Positions 48,661 to 62,662 are shown, counted from the stretch's first letter. The stretch is 64,000 bases of DNA from Sedimentisphaerales bacterium (GCA_035448545.1 DAOTJE010000005.1:57878-121877), one strand, 5' to 3'. Numbers and translations: made by a program. Notes: generated by a model from the letters alone, not told the origin.

Positions 48661-49535
48661 AAACCCCTGCGTCGTACATCCTGTTGTTCTTGGCGCTGGC
48701 GGGCGTTTGTAGTGTGTCTGTGAGGGCGTATGGTGACGGGACAACCCGCCGAGGGCGGATCACTACAAACGTTGAGGGGGCCACGCGCGGTTTATCGGGC
48801 GATCAGCTCTACGCGCTGCTGAACGAGGCGAATACGGCATTCCAGCAGGCCAATGCTGCCGCCCAGGCGCCAGACAAGGCGACGGAGCTCTACAAGCGGG
48901 CCATCCTCCTGTATGAGAAGATCATCGAGCAGGGCAACGTCCGCAACGCCCGGCTCTACTACAACCTCGGCAACGCCTACTTTCTCACGGACGACATTGG
49001 ACGGGCGATCCTCAACTACCGGCGCGCCCTGCAACTCGATAGCGACGATGTGAACATCCGGAACAACCTCGCCTTCGCGCGAAGCCGGAGGCTCGACAAG
49101 GTCGATATACGCCCGGAGAAACGGGTCCTCCAGACGTTGTTTTTCTGGCACTATGACTTCTCGCTGGGTACCCGGCTGTTCCTGGCCTGCCTGTTCTTCG
49201 CGGGTCTGTGTATCGGTGCGACCGTGATGGTCTGGCGCGGGCGTGGCCCGGTAGCTTCCGCCGTGGCGGTGTTGGGCGGACTGCTGTGCCTGTGCTTTGT
49301 GGCATCGATCGCGATGGAAGTCCGTGGCCGCTCCACGCACTTGGGCGGGGTGATCCTTGCGTCCGAGATCGTCGCTCGGCAAGGAGACGGTCCGAACTAC
49401 GCGCCGAGTTTCAAAGAGCCGCTGCACGCCGGAACGGAATTCGAACTCCTCGATCGACGCCCGGGCTGGTTCCACATCGAGCTGTCCGACGGCAGCCGAG
49501 CGTGGGTGCCCGACACGGCCGCCGAAATCATGTAG
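48657..49535 (+). CDS. batE: BatE-like TPR / TM / SH3 protein
   Basis: ATGA overlap with the batD stop. Signal peptide, TPR (ARLYYNLGNAYFLTDDIGRAILNYRRALQLD), three TM helices, C-terminal SH3b-like GTEFELLDRRPGWFHIELSDGSRAWV. Confidence 0.7.
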   Translation: MKTPASYILLFLALAGVCSVSVRAYGDGTTRRGRITTNVEGATRGLSGDQLYALLNEANTAFQQANAAAQAPDKATELYKRAILLYEKIIEQGNVRNARLYYNLGNAYFLTDDIGRAILNYRRALQLDSDDVNIRNNLAFARSRRLDKVDIRPEKRVLQTLFFWHYDFSLGTRLFLACLFFAGLCIGATVMVWRGRGPVASAVAVLGGLLCLCFVASIAMEVRGRSTHLGGVILASEIVARQGDGPNYAPSFKEPLHAGTEFELLDRRPGWFHIELSDGSRAWVPDTAAEIM

Positions 49536-49870
49536 AACAGGCACTCGACCCGTCACGCCGGTGCGACGCCGTCGTCTGTCCCCCGGCCGTCCCCGCTCTG
49601 CCACCCGTCGCGACAGGCGTGCCCGCCGGCCCTCCAACGTCCGAAAAGCAACGTGTACCCGATCGAATACCTGCCACGCGGGCGGGCGAAATGCGGAAAA
49701 TAGCCAAAAGCTGGTTGAGATGGGCCCTCGATGCGCCGATTCAGCTACGGTTCAGTCCGGCGATACGCCCCGATGAGCGTGTCGGTCGCCGTGCTTGCGC
49801 AAGCACGGACGGGGTTCCCTCTGGCAGGGGACCGTGGGACTCGTATGGGGTCGGAAAGTGAGGACACACT

Positions 49871-50245
49871 ATGGGAAAGTCACTGATGATCGTCGATGAT
49901 TCGGCGACGATGCGGAAGATCATCATGCGCACCGTCCGGATGTCCGGTCTCGAATTCGACCGGACCGAAGAGGCCGGCAGTGGAGTCGAAGCCCTCCAGA
50001 AGCTTCAGGGCGGGCCGGTGGATGTGATTCTTTGCGACATCAACATGCCGGAAATGAACGGCACTGAACTGGTCAAGAAGGCCCGCGAACTGCCCACGTG
50101 CAGCAATACGAAGATCGTCATGGTTTCGACGGAGAGCGCCCAGGACCTGATCGATCAGGTTCTGCATGACGGTGCCGACGGTTATATCACCAAACCGTTT
50201 ACCCCGGAGAAGTTCCAGGAGAAGCTGACCCCGCTGCTCAACTGA
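49871..50245 (+). CDS. cheY: CheY-like single-domain response regulator
   Basis: 124 aa. DDSATMRK, phospho-acceptor in ILCDINMPEMNG, conserved T/S (MVSTE) and K (YITKPF). Confidence 0.9.
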   Translation: MGKSLMIVDDSATMRKIIMRTVRMSGLEFDRTEEAGSGVEALQKLQGGPVDVILCDINMPEMNGTELVKKARELPTCSNTKIVMVSTESAQDLIDQVLHDGADGYITKPFTPEKFQEKLTPLLN

Positions 50246-50351
50246 AACGCGGATCGGTCCCGCAGGTCCGGTGCGGCGCAGAGGACCCGAGAGAACTGCC
50301 TGGAGGTGTCACGATGAGCGGTAACTGTTTTCCAATTGCGGAGGCGCAGGA

Positions 50352-50837
50352 ATGATTACCACGATGTCTCTCAGGGACAACCTGTTGGACAGTGCGAAGG
50401 AAGTGTTCGAGACGATGGCGTTCATGGCTCTCGAAGAGATTGCCGACGAGCAGGAGGGACCCGGTCTCGAAGACGAAACCCTGCTGGGAACGATTACCTT
50501 CAAAGGTCATCTGGAGGGATGCCTGGCCATTTGTTGTGGCTGTCGGTGCGCACGGACGATTGCGGCGAACATGCTCGGTGGCGATCCGGACGAGCCTATG
50601 AGCGACGATGACATGAGCGACGCGATCGGAGAAGTCGCCAACATGGTGATGGGTGCCCTGAAGGCTCGCGTTCACGAGGAGGTTGGGACGATGGAGGTGT
50701 CGATTCCGTCGGTGGTGCGCGGGCGAGAGCTGCGCAACAGTCTGGGGGAACGGGCCAGCAAGATCTCGGTTACGGTGAACCTCGAAGAAGAGCACAACGT
50801 GCAGTTCTCCCTGTTGTACCGGGAGAGCCAGCCCTAG
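50352..50837 (+). CDS. cheX: CheX-type CheY-P phosphatase
   Basis: 161 aa. GGAGG SD. SAKEVFETMAFM N-terminus and the D-x3-E-x2-N phosphatase motif (DAIGEVAN). Confidence 0.8.
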   Translation: MITTMSLRDNLLDSAKEVFETMAFMALEEIADEQEGPGLEDETLLGTITFKGHLEGCLAICCGCRCARTIAANMLGGDPDEPMSDDDMSDAIGEVANMVMGALKARVHEEVGTMEVSIPSVVRGRELRNSLGERASKISVTVNLEEEHNVQFSLLYRESQP

Positions 50838-50931
50838 CGAGGAGGACGGGTCCGTTCCGGTCCCGGCGTCTGACGGGGCCGGCAACGAAGCGCTTTGCGG
50901 CGTTACGACAGGGCGAAGAGAAGGACGAACG

Positions 50932-52497
50932 ATGACAGCCACAGCAACCGACATAGAACCGCGTCTGGCCGACCTGTCGGACAGCGCGTTCAATGCCTTC
51001 TGCGAGGATATCGGGGGCATGTTTGACGCAGAGGTGCAGTGCAAGCGTCAACAGGCCGGCGCCGGGACCGTTGCGGACGTGCGCAAGCTGTTCAAGAAGC
51101 TGACGGTGGTTCATCTGGTGCAGGCGTCCGGGGCTCTGAACGGGACGTTCCAATTGTTCTTCGACCAGGGCGGTCTGTTCGTACTCTCGGGCGTTATCGT
51201 GATGTTGCCGCAGAACAAGATCCTCGACGTCGTCAAACGAGGCACGACCGAGGACGCGGACAACCTGACGGATGCCGCACGCGAGGTGGGCAATCTGCTT
51301 GTCGGTTCATGGGACCGTGCCTTTCGCGAAGAGTGCGAGGGACACGAGCATTTCCTCAAGACCAACACGTTCATCGGCAAGCCCTGGGATGATTCCACGA
51401 AGATCGGTCTGACGGGCGACGAACCCGTGTACTTCGCAACTTACGAGATGACGGTGGGACCCTATCCGAGCTTCTGTTGCGCCGCGGTGTTTCCGCATCG
51501 TGTGCTCCATGCCTCGCAGGACGGCGGCGCCGGTGGCGATCCAGGCCAGACGGCACCGACCGCGCCACCGCAGAACGTTGCCTCCTCTCCGGCGTCACCG
51601 GCACAAGGGGATTCGAAGGCTCCGGCCGGAGAAGCTGTTCCTCCGAACGCACCACCGGTTGCCGCTCCAGGGTCTGCCTCGACCGACAGAGGCTCGGCGG
51701 AGAAGCCGCAGATACGGGCGGAGTCGGGCTCCGCTGCACCTGCCGCTGGCAACGGGAGCGGGACACCGGTGCGGATCGCGGTCGAGACGAATGCTTCGGG
51801 CCCGTCGCCCGTCGCCACCCCGGCAGCGATTCCCGAAGACATTCAATCGGTGGTGGAGGCCGTAGTGGGTCCCTCTGTACCGCCAGCCCCCCTGAAGGCC
51901 GCACCTACGGTTTCGCCCAAGCCGCGCGTGAATGCGGAACCGGTGGGCCAGAGTGGTTCGCTGCTGGACCAGGTTCTGGCCGACTACAATGTGGGGCCCG
52001 ACACCTCGGCGCTGACCGATCTGCTCAACAAGCCGGCGAAGGCCGTCATGTCGCCGGAAGTGATCTGGTGCGATCCGGAAACGACCGTGCAGGATGTGAT
52101 CGGCCTGATGCAGCAGCACAGCGTCGGCTATGTGCTCGTCGGTCGCGATGGTGTGTTGGAAGGGCTTCTGTCGAACTCGAACATTCAGAGCGCAGTCAGC
52201 CCTTATCTGCGTCCGGCCTTCGCCAAGTGGCGCCGTCCGGAAGACGATGCGACGCTCGGCATCAAGGTCAAGTGGATCATGAGTCGCCCGGTGCGAACCG
52301 TCAAACCGGAGACCCCGTTGGCCACCATTATCGAGAGCATGTGTCGATACGGCGGACGCTGTCTGCCCGTGGTGGATGCCCAGTCGAAAGTGCAGGGCAT
52401 CGTCACGGTGTTCGACATCCTGTTGCGCGTGCTCGAGGCGGACCAATCGCTTTCCTGGAAGGGCAAACCCCCCCAGGCGGTCCCCGTGCTTGTGTAG
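50932..52497 (+). CDS. CheC/CheX-like domain fused via a Pro/Ala-rich linker to a CBS pair
   Basis: 521 aa. The N-terminal about 185 aa carry the D-x3-E-x2-N motif (DAAREVGN). An about 150-aa P/A/S-rich linker follows. C-terminal tandem CBS (VMSPEVIWCDPETTVQDVIGLM...GLLSNSNI and IMSRPVRTVKPETPLATIIESM...GIVTVFDIL). Confidence 0.7.
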   Translation: MTATATDIEPRLADLSDSAFNAFCEDIGGMFDAEVQCKRQQAGAGTVADVRKLFKKLTVVHLVQASGALNGTFQLFFDQGGLFVLSGVIVMLPQNKILDVVKRGTTEDADNLTDAAREVGNLLVGSWDRAFREECEGHEHFLKTNTFIGKPWDDSTKIGLTGDEPVYFATYEMTVGPYPSFCCAAVFPHRVLHASQDGGAGGDPGQTAPTAPPQNVASSPASPAQGDSKAPAGEAVPPNAPPVAAPGSASTDRGSAEKPQIRAESGSAAPAAGNGSGTPVRIAVETNASGPSPVATPAAIPEDIQSVVEAVVGPSVPPAPLKAAPTVSPKPRVNAEPVGQSGSLLDQVLADYNVGPDTSALTDLLNKPAKAVMSPEVIWCDPETTVQDVIGLMQQHSVGYVLVGRDGVLEGLLSNSNIQSAVSPYLRPAFAKWRRPEDDATLGIKVKWIMSRPVRTVKPETPLATIIESMCRYGGRCLPVVDAQSKVQGIVTVFDILLRVLEADQSLSWKGKPPQAVPVLV

Positions 52498-52549
52498 GCG
52501 ATAAGTCTCGACGTAGAAAAGACTCTGTGAAGCAGCGAAAGAGATAACG

Positions 52550-54685
52550 ATGAACCAGAACGAGATGCTGACCCAGCTTGTTGAACAGGCGGCCTGCTGC
52601 GTGAACATGCTCGGGCCTTCGGACTTGTCGGACGCCCGGCAGTTGGAGGAGATCCTCGGACGGATTGACCGAACCGTTCATGAGCTGGATCGAGGGTCCG
52701 ACCCGCTGCGAACCCAACTGGAAGACGCCGCTGCGGCGGCGACCCAGACGCTTCAGCAGGTTCTTGGACAGGAGGTGAAGGACACCTCGCAGGCCCTGAA
52801 CGCGATTGCCAAGGCCATCTGCAGTCTCCAGGGTCTGGTTCGTCAGCTCGACAGTCCGGAGCAAGGCACCGGGGCGGAGTCTTCGGACGCCGTATCTGCG
52901 GCGCCGGTGACGTCTCTGAGTTCCAAGGCCGTTTCGTCGGAACCGGCCGCCCCGGCGGTGGAGACCCCGGCCGCTGCGGCGGCGATGACGATCTCTCCGG
53001 ACGATGCCCCTCTGGTTGTGGATTTCATCACGGAAGCGACCGAGCATATCGAGACCGCCGAATCAGCTCTTCTCGAACTGGAGAATCACCCGGACAATGA
53101 GGAGCTGATCAACAAGATTTTCCGCGGCTTCCACACCATCAAAGGAATGGCCGGCTTTCTGAATCTGACCGAAATCGGATCGCTGGCGCACTCCGCAGAG
53201 AACCTGCTGGACCTGGCGCGCAAAGGCAAGCTGATTCTGGCGGGTGCGAACAGCGACGTGGTGTTTGCTTCTGTGGACATGCTCAAGCGGATGATGACGT
53301 GTCTGAAAGAGGCGGTGGAATCGGGTGGGCCAGTCACCAGACAGGAGCAGCTTGCCTCGCTGTTGGAAACCCTGAAGGCCGCCGCGGAAGGCAAGACGCC
53401 GACGGCGCCGGTTCATCCTGTGCAGACAAAGGCAGACGACGAGAAGCTCGATGCCATCCTGGAGGACAAGGCCGAGGCGAAGAAGACCGCGTCGAGCGGT
53501 CCGACCGCACACGCGGCGGCGGATGACAAGATCAAGGTCAGCATCACCCGTCTGGACAATCTGATCAACATGACGGGTGAGCTGGTGATCGCGCAACTGA
53601 TGGTTGCCGAGGAGATCAACACCGGCGCCTCCTCGACACACGACCTGGCGCGCAAGGTCGCGCACCAGGGCAAGATCGTACGGGAACTTCAGGAACTGTC
53701 CATGTCCATGCGCATGGTGCCGGTCCAGGGTGTTTTCCAGAAGATGAGCCGGCTGGCCCGTGACTTGTCTCGCAAGGCGAACAAGCAGGTGGATTTCGTC
53801 ACCGTCGGCGAAGAGACGGAACTGGACCGCACGGTCGTCGACAAGATCGCCGATCCCCTGATCCATATGGTGCGCAACTCGCTCGACCATGGCATCGAGC
53901 CGAGCGCCGATCGTATCAAGGCGGGCAAGAACCCCACCGGGCATGTGGAACTGCGGGCCTTCCATCAGGCCGGCAACATCGTCATCGAAATCGAAGACGA
54001 CGGAAAAGGATTGGACAAGGAGCGCATCCTCAAGAAAGCGATCGACGCCGGCTTGGTGGAGCCGGGCCAGGAGTTGTCCGAAGAAGAAATCTTCAAGCTC
54101 ATCTTCCACCCCGGGCTCTCGACTGCCGAGAAGATCACGAGCATCTCCGGACGAGGCGTCGGCATGGACGTCGTGAAGAAGAACATCGAATCCCTGCGCG
54201 GCAAGATCGAAATCAGCTCGGTCCGCGGCAAGGGCACGACGTTCACCATTCGCCTGCCTCTGACCCTGGCGGTGATCGACGGCCAGGTCGTTTCTATCGG
54301 CGACCAGCGCTACATCATTCCGATCAATGCGATCGTGCGCAGTCTGCGACCTACGAGCCGGCAGATTTCTTCCGTGCAGGGCCGGGGTGAGATGATTCTC
54401 GAACGCGGCGAGCTGATCCCGCTGGTGCGTCTGTATCGCCTCCTCGGCGCGGTCCCCACCGAGGAAGATCCCACCAAGGCCCTGGTGGTTGTGGTGGAGG
54501 AGGACGGCAAGAAATGCTGCCTGCTCGTCGACGATCTGCTGGCGCAGCAACAGGTGGTAATCAAGAGCCTGGGGGATGCTCTGGGGCGCGTCCAGGGGGT
54601 CTCCGGCGGCGCGATCATGGGGGACGGAAAGGTATGTTTGATTCTCGATATTCCGGGACTTGTGGCACTGGCTCAGGCGCAGTAG
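52550..54685 (+). CDS. cheA: Chemotaxis histidine kinase CheA
   Basis: 711 aa. Hpt FRGFHTIKGMAGF, N-box HMVRNSLDHGIE, G1 DDGKGLD, G2 GRGVGMDVV, C-terminal CheW-like domain. About 150 extra residues precede the Hpt. Confidence 0.95.
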   Translation: MNQNEMLTQLVEQAACCVNMLGPSDLSDARQLEEILGRIDRTVHELDRGSDPLRTQLEDAAAAATQTLQQVLGQEVKDTSQALNAIAKAICSLQGLVRQLDSPEQGTGAESSDAVSAAPVTSLSSKAVSSEPAAPAVETPAAAAAMTISPDDAPLVVDFITEATEHIETAESALLELENHPDNEELINKIFRGFHTIKGMAGFLNLTEIGSLAHSAENLLDLARKGKLILAGANSDVVFASVDMLKRMMTCLKEAVESGGPVTRQEQLASLLETLKAAAEGKTPTAPVHPVQTKADDEKLDAILEDKAEAKKTASSGPTAHAAADDKIKVSITRLDNLINMTGELVIAQLMVAEEINTGASSTHDLARKVAHQGKIVRELQELSMSMRMVPVQGVFQKMSRLARDLSRKANKQVDFVTVGEETELDRTVVDKIADPLIHMVRNSLDHGIEPSADRIKAGKNPTGHVELRAFHQAGNIVIEIEDDGKGLDKERILKKAIDAGLVEPGQELSEEEIFKLIFHPGLSTAEKITSISGRGVGMDVVKKNIESLRGKIEISSVRGKGTTFTIRLPLTLAVIDGQVVSIGDQRYIIPINAIVRSLRPTSRQISSVQGRGEMILERGELIPLVRLYRLLGAVPTEEDPTKALVVVVEEDGKKCCLLVDDLLAQQQVVIKSLGDALGRVQGVSGGAIMGDGKVCLILDIPGLVALAQAQ

Positions 54686-54712
54686 CGGAACCTGAGCAGG
54701 GGGGCTTCTCCG

Positions 54713-55561
54713 ATGACCATGTCAGTATTGCAGGATATCGTGCTGGGCGAGGACGAATTTCGCCAGATCAGTGACCTCATCTACGAGCACTGCGGCATCA
54801 ACCTTCACGACGGCAAGAAAGAACTCGTTCGATCGCGGCTGGCCAAACGGCTCCACAAGGGGCGGTTCACCTCATTCTCGCAGTACATCAGGCACGTGCT
54901 GGAGGACCCGACGGGCAAGGAATTCTCGATCCTGGTCGACTCGCTCAGCACGAATCTGACGAAGTTCTTCCGTGAAGAGCGGCACTTTGATTACATGCGC
55001 ACCCAGTTGCTGCCGCGTCTGATGAAGGCCCGGCAGAGCCGGGGCCAGTACCGGATTCGCGGCTGGAGCGCCGGCTGCTCCTCCGGCGAGGAACCCTATT
55101 CCATTGCCCTGACGCTGCTTGAAACGCTCGGGGGCAAGGGACACTGGGACGTCAAGCTGCTGGCCACCGACGTGTCCACCCGCGTTCTGGAGCGGGCCCA
55201 GGCCGGCGTCTACGACCGGGAGCGGATCGAACCGATTCCGTTGCCCCTGCGTAAAAAGTATCTCATCGCCCGCCGCGAAGGGGGCAAGGAACGCTACGAA
55301 GTCGGGCCCGCCCTGCGCGAGCTGGTGATCTTCCGCTATCTGAACCTCATGAAGGACTGGCCGGTCAAGGGACCGCTGGACTTCATCTTCTGTCGCAACG
55401 TCATGATCTACTTCGACAAGCCCACGCAAGCACGCCTGATCCACCGGTTCTACGATTTGCTGGGTTCCGGAGGTGTTCTTTTCACGGGTCACTCCGAGTC
55501 GCTGACGGGAATCGAGCACGCGTTCAAGTACGTACAGCCGACCATTTATCTCAAATCGTAG
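54713..55561 (+). CDS. cheR: Chemotaxis protein methyltransferase CheR
   Basis: 282 aa. FFREERHF, SAM fold IRGWSAGCSSGEEPYSIAL, FCRNVMIYF. Confidence 0.9.
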   Translation: MTMSVLQDIVLGEDEFRQISDLIYEHCGINLHDGKKELVRSRLAKRLHKGRFTSFSQYIRHVLEDPTGKEFSILVDSLSTNLTKFFREERHFDYMRTQLLPRLMKARQSRGQYRIRGWSAGCSSGEEPYSIALTLLETLGGKGHWDVKLLATDVSTRVLERAQAGVYDRERIEPIPLPLRKKYLIARREGGKERYEVGPALRELVIFRYLNLMKDWPVKGPLDFIFCRNVMIYFDKPTQARLIHRFYDLLGSGGVLFTGHSESLTGIEHAFKYVQPTIYLKS

Positions 55562-55569
55562 GGGGTGGC

Positions 55570-57172
<1,603 letters not shown>

Positions 57173-57226
57173 CCGTCGATCACTCGAACGGCAGAGTCTG
57201 TCTCCGCCTCGCCCGTGTTGCGGAGG

Positions 57227-59818
<2,592 letters not shown>

Positions 59819-59995
59819 TTTCAGACCTCATTCGAGTAATCGATTCCGACGGGAGACATCTATCCCCGCCGGGATACGGTGCAAACCACGTGCCGGACTC
59901 ACTGGCGTGCTGTAAATACTTTCTAATGAATGGCTTAGGTTATCCATGCCCCCGGCCCCGGCATGCCAATATGGCAGCACGGAAGGACCGGAAGG

Positions 59996-60580
59996 TCAGG
60001 AGGGTACGTAGAAAGAGATCAGGCCTTTGCGAACGAGCATGACCGCGATGGCCGCCAGAAGCAGGTTCGAGACCTTCGACATGGCCTTGGCGCCGGATTC
60101 GCCCACCAACTTGATCGCCAACAGGCTGGACCGAAAGAGCAAGCCGGCCAGCAGGATGTTGGCGACGACCGAGACGAGCGTGGGCAACAGACCGTATTCC
60201 GAAACCGCCAGCATGGACGTGGTCAGTACCGCCGGGCCGGCCAGCAGCGGCGTTCCCAACGGAACGACTCCGAAGTCAGTGTCGGGCATCCGCCTGCGTT
60301 TGACCGGGTTGACGATGTCGGTGATGGCCAGACAGAACAGAATCACGCCGCCGGCGATCATGAAGTCGCCCATCGTGATGCCCAACGCCCGGAAGACGAG
60401 CTTGCCCACCAGGATGAACGCGACGGATAGACACAACGCGGTGAGCATCGACTGGAGGATAATACGGTGTGTCTGTCCGCGGTCGAGACCCTGAGTCAAC
60501 GACGTAAGGATCGGCAGCGTGCCGATCGCGTCGACCGCGACGAAAACCGGAATGAACGCGAGCAGGATATTGTTCAACAT
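59996..60580 (-). CDS. MarC-family (UPF0056) integral membrane protein
   Basis: Start at MLNNILLAFIPVFVAVDAIGTLPI (ATG at 60580, AAGGGA upstream). Six hydrophobic segments typical of MarC. Confidence 0.8.
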   Translation of the reverse strand: MLNNILLAFIPVFVAVDAIGTLPILTSLTQGLDRGQTHRIILQSMLTALCLSVAFILVGKLVFRALGITMGDFMIAGGVILFCLAITDIVNPVKRRRMPDTDFGVVPLGTPLLAGPAVLTTSMLAVSEYGLLPTLVSVVANILLAGLLFRSSLLAIKLVGESGAKAMSKVSNLLLAAIAVMLVRKGLISFYVPS

Positions 60581-60628
60581 GGGACTATCCCTTTTCGATC
60601 TTGCCGTGTCTGTCACATTCTCGCGACA

Positions 60629-61588
60629 CTAATTCAGCCAGACCACGGTCAGCGTGATGTAGACCACGTACAGGACCAGAAAGACGGCGGCTTCCCGTCG
60701 GTCGAGGATGTGCCTTTTGCTGGTGAACATGCACGCCAACAGCAGCCCGCTGGCGACGATCGCGGCGCCGATGTCCACGTTTGCTCTGGGCTCGAAGGGA
60801 ATCGGGCGAATCAGCGAACTGACTCCGAGAATGAAGAAGATGTTGAAGATGTTGGACCCGACGACGTTGCCGATGGCGATCTGAGGGTTCTTTCGGTAGG
60901 CAGCCGCGGCCGAGGTGGCCAGTTCCGGCAGCGAGGTCCCGACAGCGACGATGGTCAGGCCGATCACTGTCTGACGCACGCCCAGCGCGGTGGCCAGCTT
61001 CACCGCTCCTTCGACCACCCACGTGCTGCCGAGGAGCAATCCGATGAATCCGGCGACCATCAGCACCATGGTCTTCCACGCGGCTTGGCCGTCCTGTCGG
61101 GGTGCTGCGGGAACGCCCTCGGCCCGGGCGATGCCGGCGGTGTAGTACAAGAAGATGGCGAAGAAGCACAAGAGCACGAGGCCGTCGATGCGCGTCAGAC
61201 GCGAGGGGCCGACCCCGTCGATGGCCAGGTCGTTGGCCAGGATGCCGACCAGCAGGGCGGCCAGCAGACTCAGCGGGATCTCCTTCCAGACCGTGCCCTT
61301 CGTCACTGTCAGCGGGAGGATAACGCCGGCGACGCCCAGGATCAGCAGGATGTTGGCGATATTGCTGCCCAGAATGTTGCCGATGGTGATGCCGACGTCG
61401 CCCCGGATGCTGGCGGTCACGTTGACGGCCAGCTCCGGCAGGGAGGTCCCGAACGCTACTACCGTCAGCCCGATAGCCAGGTCCGAGACGTGGAGCCTCT
61501 GCGCCAGCGACGAGGCGCCGCTGACGAACAGATCAGCCCCCTTGATTACGAAGACGAATCCAACCGCCATGAGTAGGTATACCAGCAT
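60629..61588 (-). CDS. Ca2+/Na+ antiporter (CaCA family, YrbG-like)
   Basis: Start at MLVYLLMAVGF (ATG at 61588). Two alpha-repeats AFGTSLPELAVN and AVGTSLPELATS, GNI(L/V)GSNI(A/F)NI. Confidence 0.85.
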   Translation of the reverse strand: MLVYLLMAVGFVFVIKGADLFVSGASSLAQRLHVSDLAIGLTVVAFGTSLPELAVNVTASIRGDVGITIGNILGSNIANILLILGVAGVILPLTVTKGTVWKEIPLSLLAALLVGILANDLAIDGVGPSRLTRIDGLVLLCFFAIFLYYTAGIARAEGVPAAPRQDGQAAWKTMVLMVAGFIGLLLGSTWVVEGAVKLATALGVRQTVIGLTIVAVGTSLPELATSAAAAYRKNPQIAIGNVVGSNIFNIFFILGVSSLIRPIPFEPRANVDIGAAIVASGLLLACMFTSKRHILDRREAAVFLVLYVVYITLTVVWLN

Positions 61589-61855
61589 TGCAGCGACTCC
61601 GGACACTTCACGCCATCGAGTACAAGACCGCTCATGATACCGGCATTTGCCACCTTGGCAATGGTCGGCCCCCACCCGACCCCCGTTGTGTCCATTATCC
61701 AGCAACTCCTCCCCGCGCCCGACGGATCCGTTCCCTCCCGGTCCGGCATTTCGTTTCCTGTCTCATAGTGGTGGCGAATCGTGGAGTCTTGGAGTACAAG
61801 ATGCGTGAGGTGATGCGCTTCTGCATATGCCGGGGACGGATAGGAATATGGCGGA

Positions 61856-62662
61856 ATGGTGGACATGATTGACGCCGGTCGAGTATGGGCGGACGTGGCG
61901 GCGGTTCGGGCCCAGACGCCGCTGGTGCACAACGTGACGAACTGGGTGGTGATGGACCTGACGGCCAATGCGCTGCTGGCGCTGGGGGCCTCGCCCGTGA
62001 TGGCCCACGCCGTCGAGGAGGTCGAGGAGATGGTGGCCCTGGCGGGGGCGGTCGTGCTGAACATGGGAACGCTGGACGACTTGTGGATCGCCAGCATGGC
62101 GGCGACGCTGGACGCGGCGCGCCGGCACGGCAAGCCTGTGGTGTTCGATCCCGTCGGTGCCGGCGCCACGCGCCTGCGAACGCAGACGGCGCGACGTCTG
62201 GTGGAAGCCGGGGGCGTGTCTGTCATCCGAGGCAACGCATCGGAAATTGCCGCGCTGGCGGGGTCAACCGGCCGGACCAAGGGTGTTGACAGCCTGGACG
62301 AATCGCTGAAGGTCGCCGATGTGGCGGAGAGGCTGCTGTCGCTTTGCGATGTCGTCGTCATCAGCGGCGAGAAGGACGTGGTGGTCAGCCGCGACCGACG
62401 ATGCGTGCTGGCCAACGGCTGTGCGATGATGACCCGCGTCACAGGCATGGGCTGTACTGCGACGGCGCTGGTCGGCGCGTTCCTGGGGGTTCAGCCGGAC
62501 CGGTTCCTCGCAGCCGCACACGCCATGGCGGTGATGGGCATCGCAGGAGAACTCGCACGCGACGTCAGCGGCGGGCCGGGCAGCCTGCGGATGCACTTCC
62601 TAGACGCGTTGTATGACCTCGATGAGGAGAAGATCGCCTCGCGGTTGCGGGTGGAGCGATGA
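61856..62662 (+). CDS. thiM: Hydroxyethylthiazole kinase
   Basis: 268 aa. LVHNVTNWVVMDLTANALLALGASPVMA, DPVGAGAT, VIRGNASEI, GMGC. Confidence 0.9.
   Translation: MVDMIDAGRVWADVAAVRAQTPLVHNVTNWVVMDLTANALLALGASPVMAHAVEEVEEMVALAGAVVLNMGTLDDLWIASMAATLDAARRHGKPVVFDPVGAGATRLRTQTARRLVEAGGVSVIRGNASEIAALAGSTGRTKGVDSLDESLKVADVAERLLSLCDVVVISGEKDVVVSRDRRCVLANGCAMMTRVTGMGCTATALVGAFLGVQPDRFLAAAHAMAVMGIAGELARDVSGGPGSLRMHFLDALYDLDEEKIASRLRVER

Noticed and set aside
46567-48744. 725-aa minus-strand ORF opposite batC/batD
   Set aside because: It is antisense to BatD (clear Ig-like repeats, signal peptide, operon context), is Arg-rich and low-complexity, and crosses an intergenic repeat.
59819-59995. Heat-shock operator (CIRCE/HAIR) or sigma-32 promoter upstream of clpB
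   Set aside because: The minus-strand sequence ttagaaagtatttacagcacgccagtgag only loosely resembles CIRCE (TTAGCACTC-N9-GAGTGCTAA). There is no convincing inverted repeat.
61803-61847. Expected TPP (THI-box) riboswitch upstream of thiM-thiE
   Set aside because: Only a partial resemblance was found (gcGTGAGGtgatgcgcttCTGcATATGCCgGgGAcGGAtAGGAA versus the conserved CUGAGA ... ACCUGAUCUGGAUAAUGCCAGCGUAGGGAA). The core CUGAGA and ACCUGAU elements are not intact. It needs cmsearch with Rfam RF00059 before any call.
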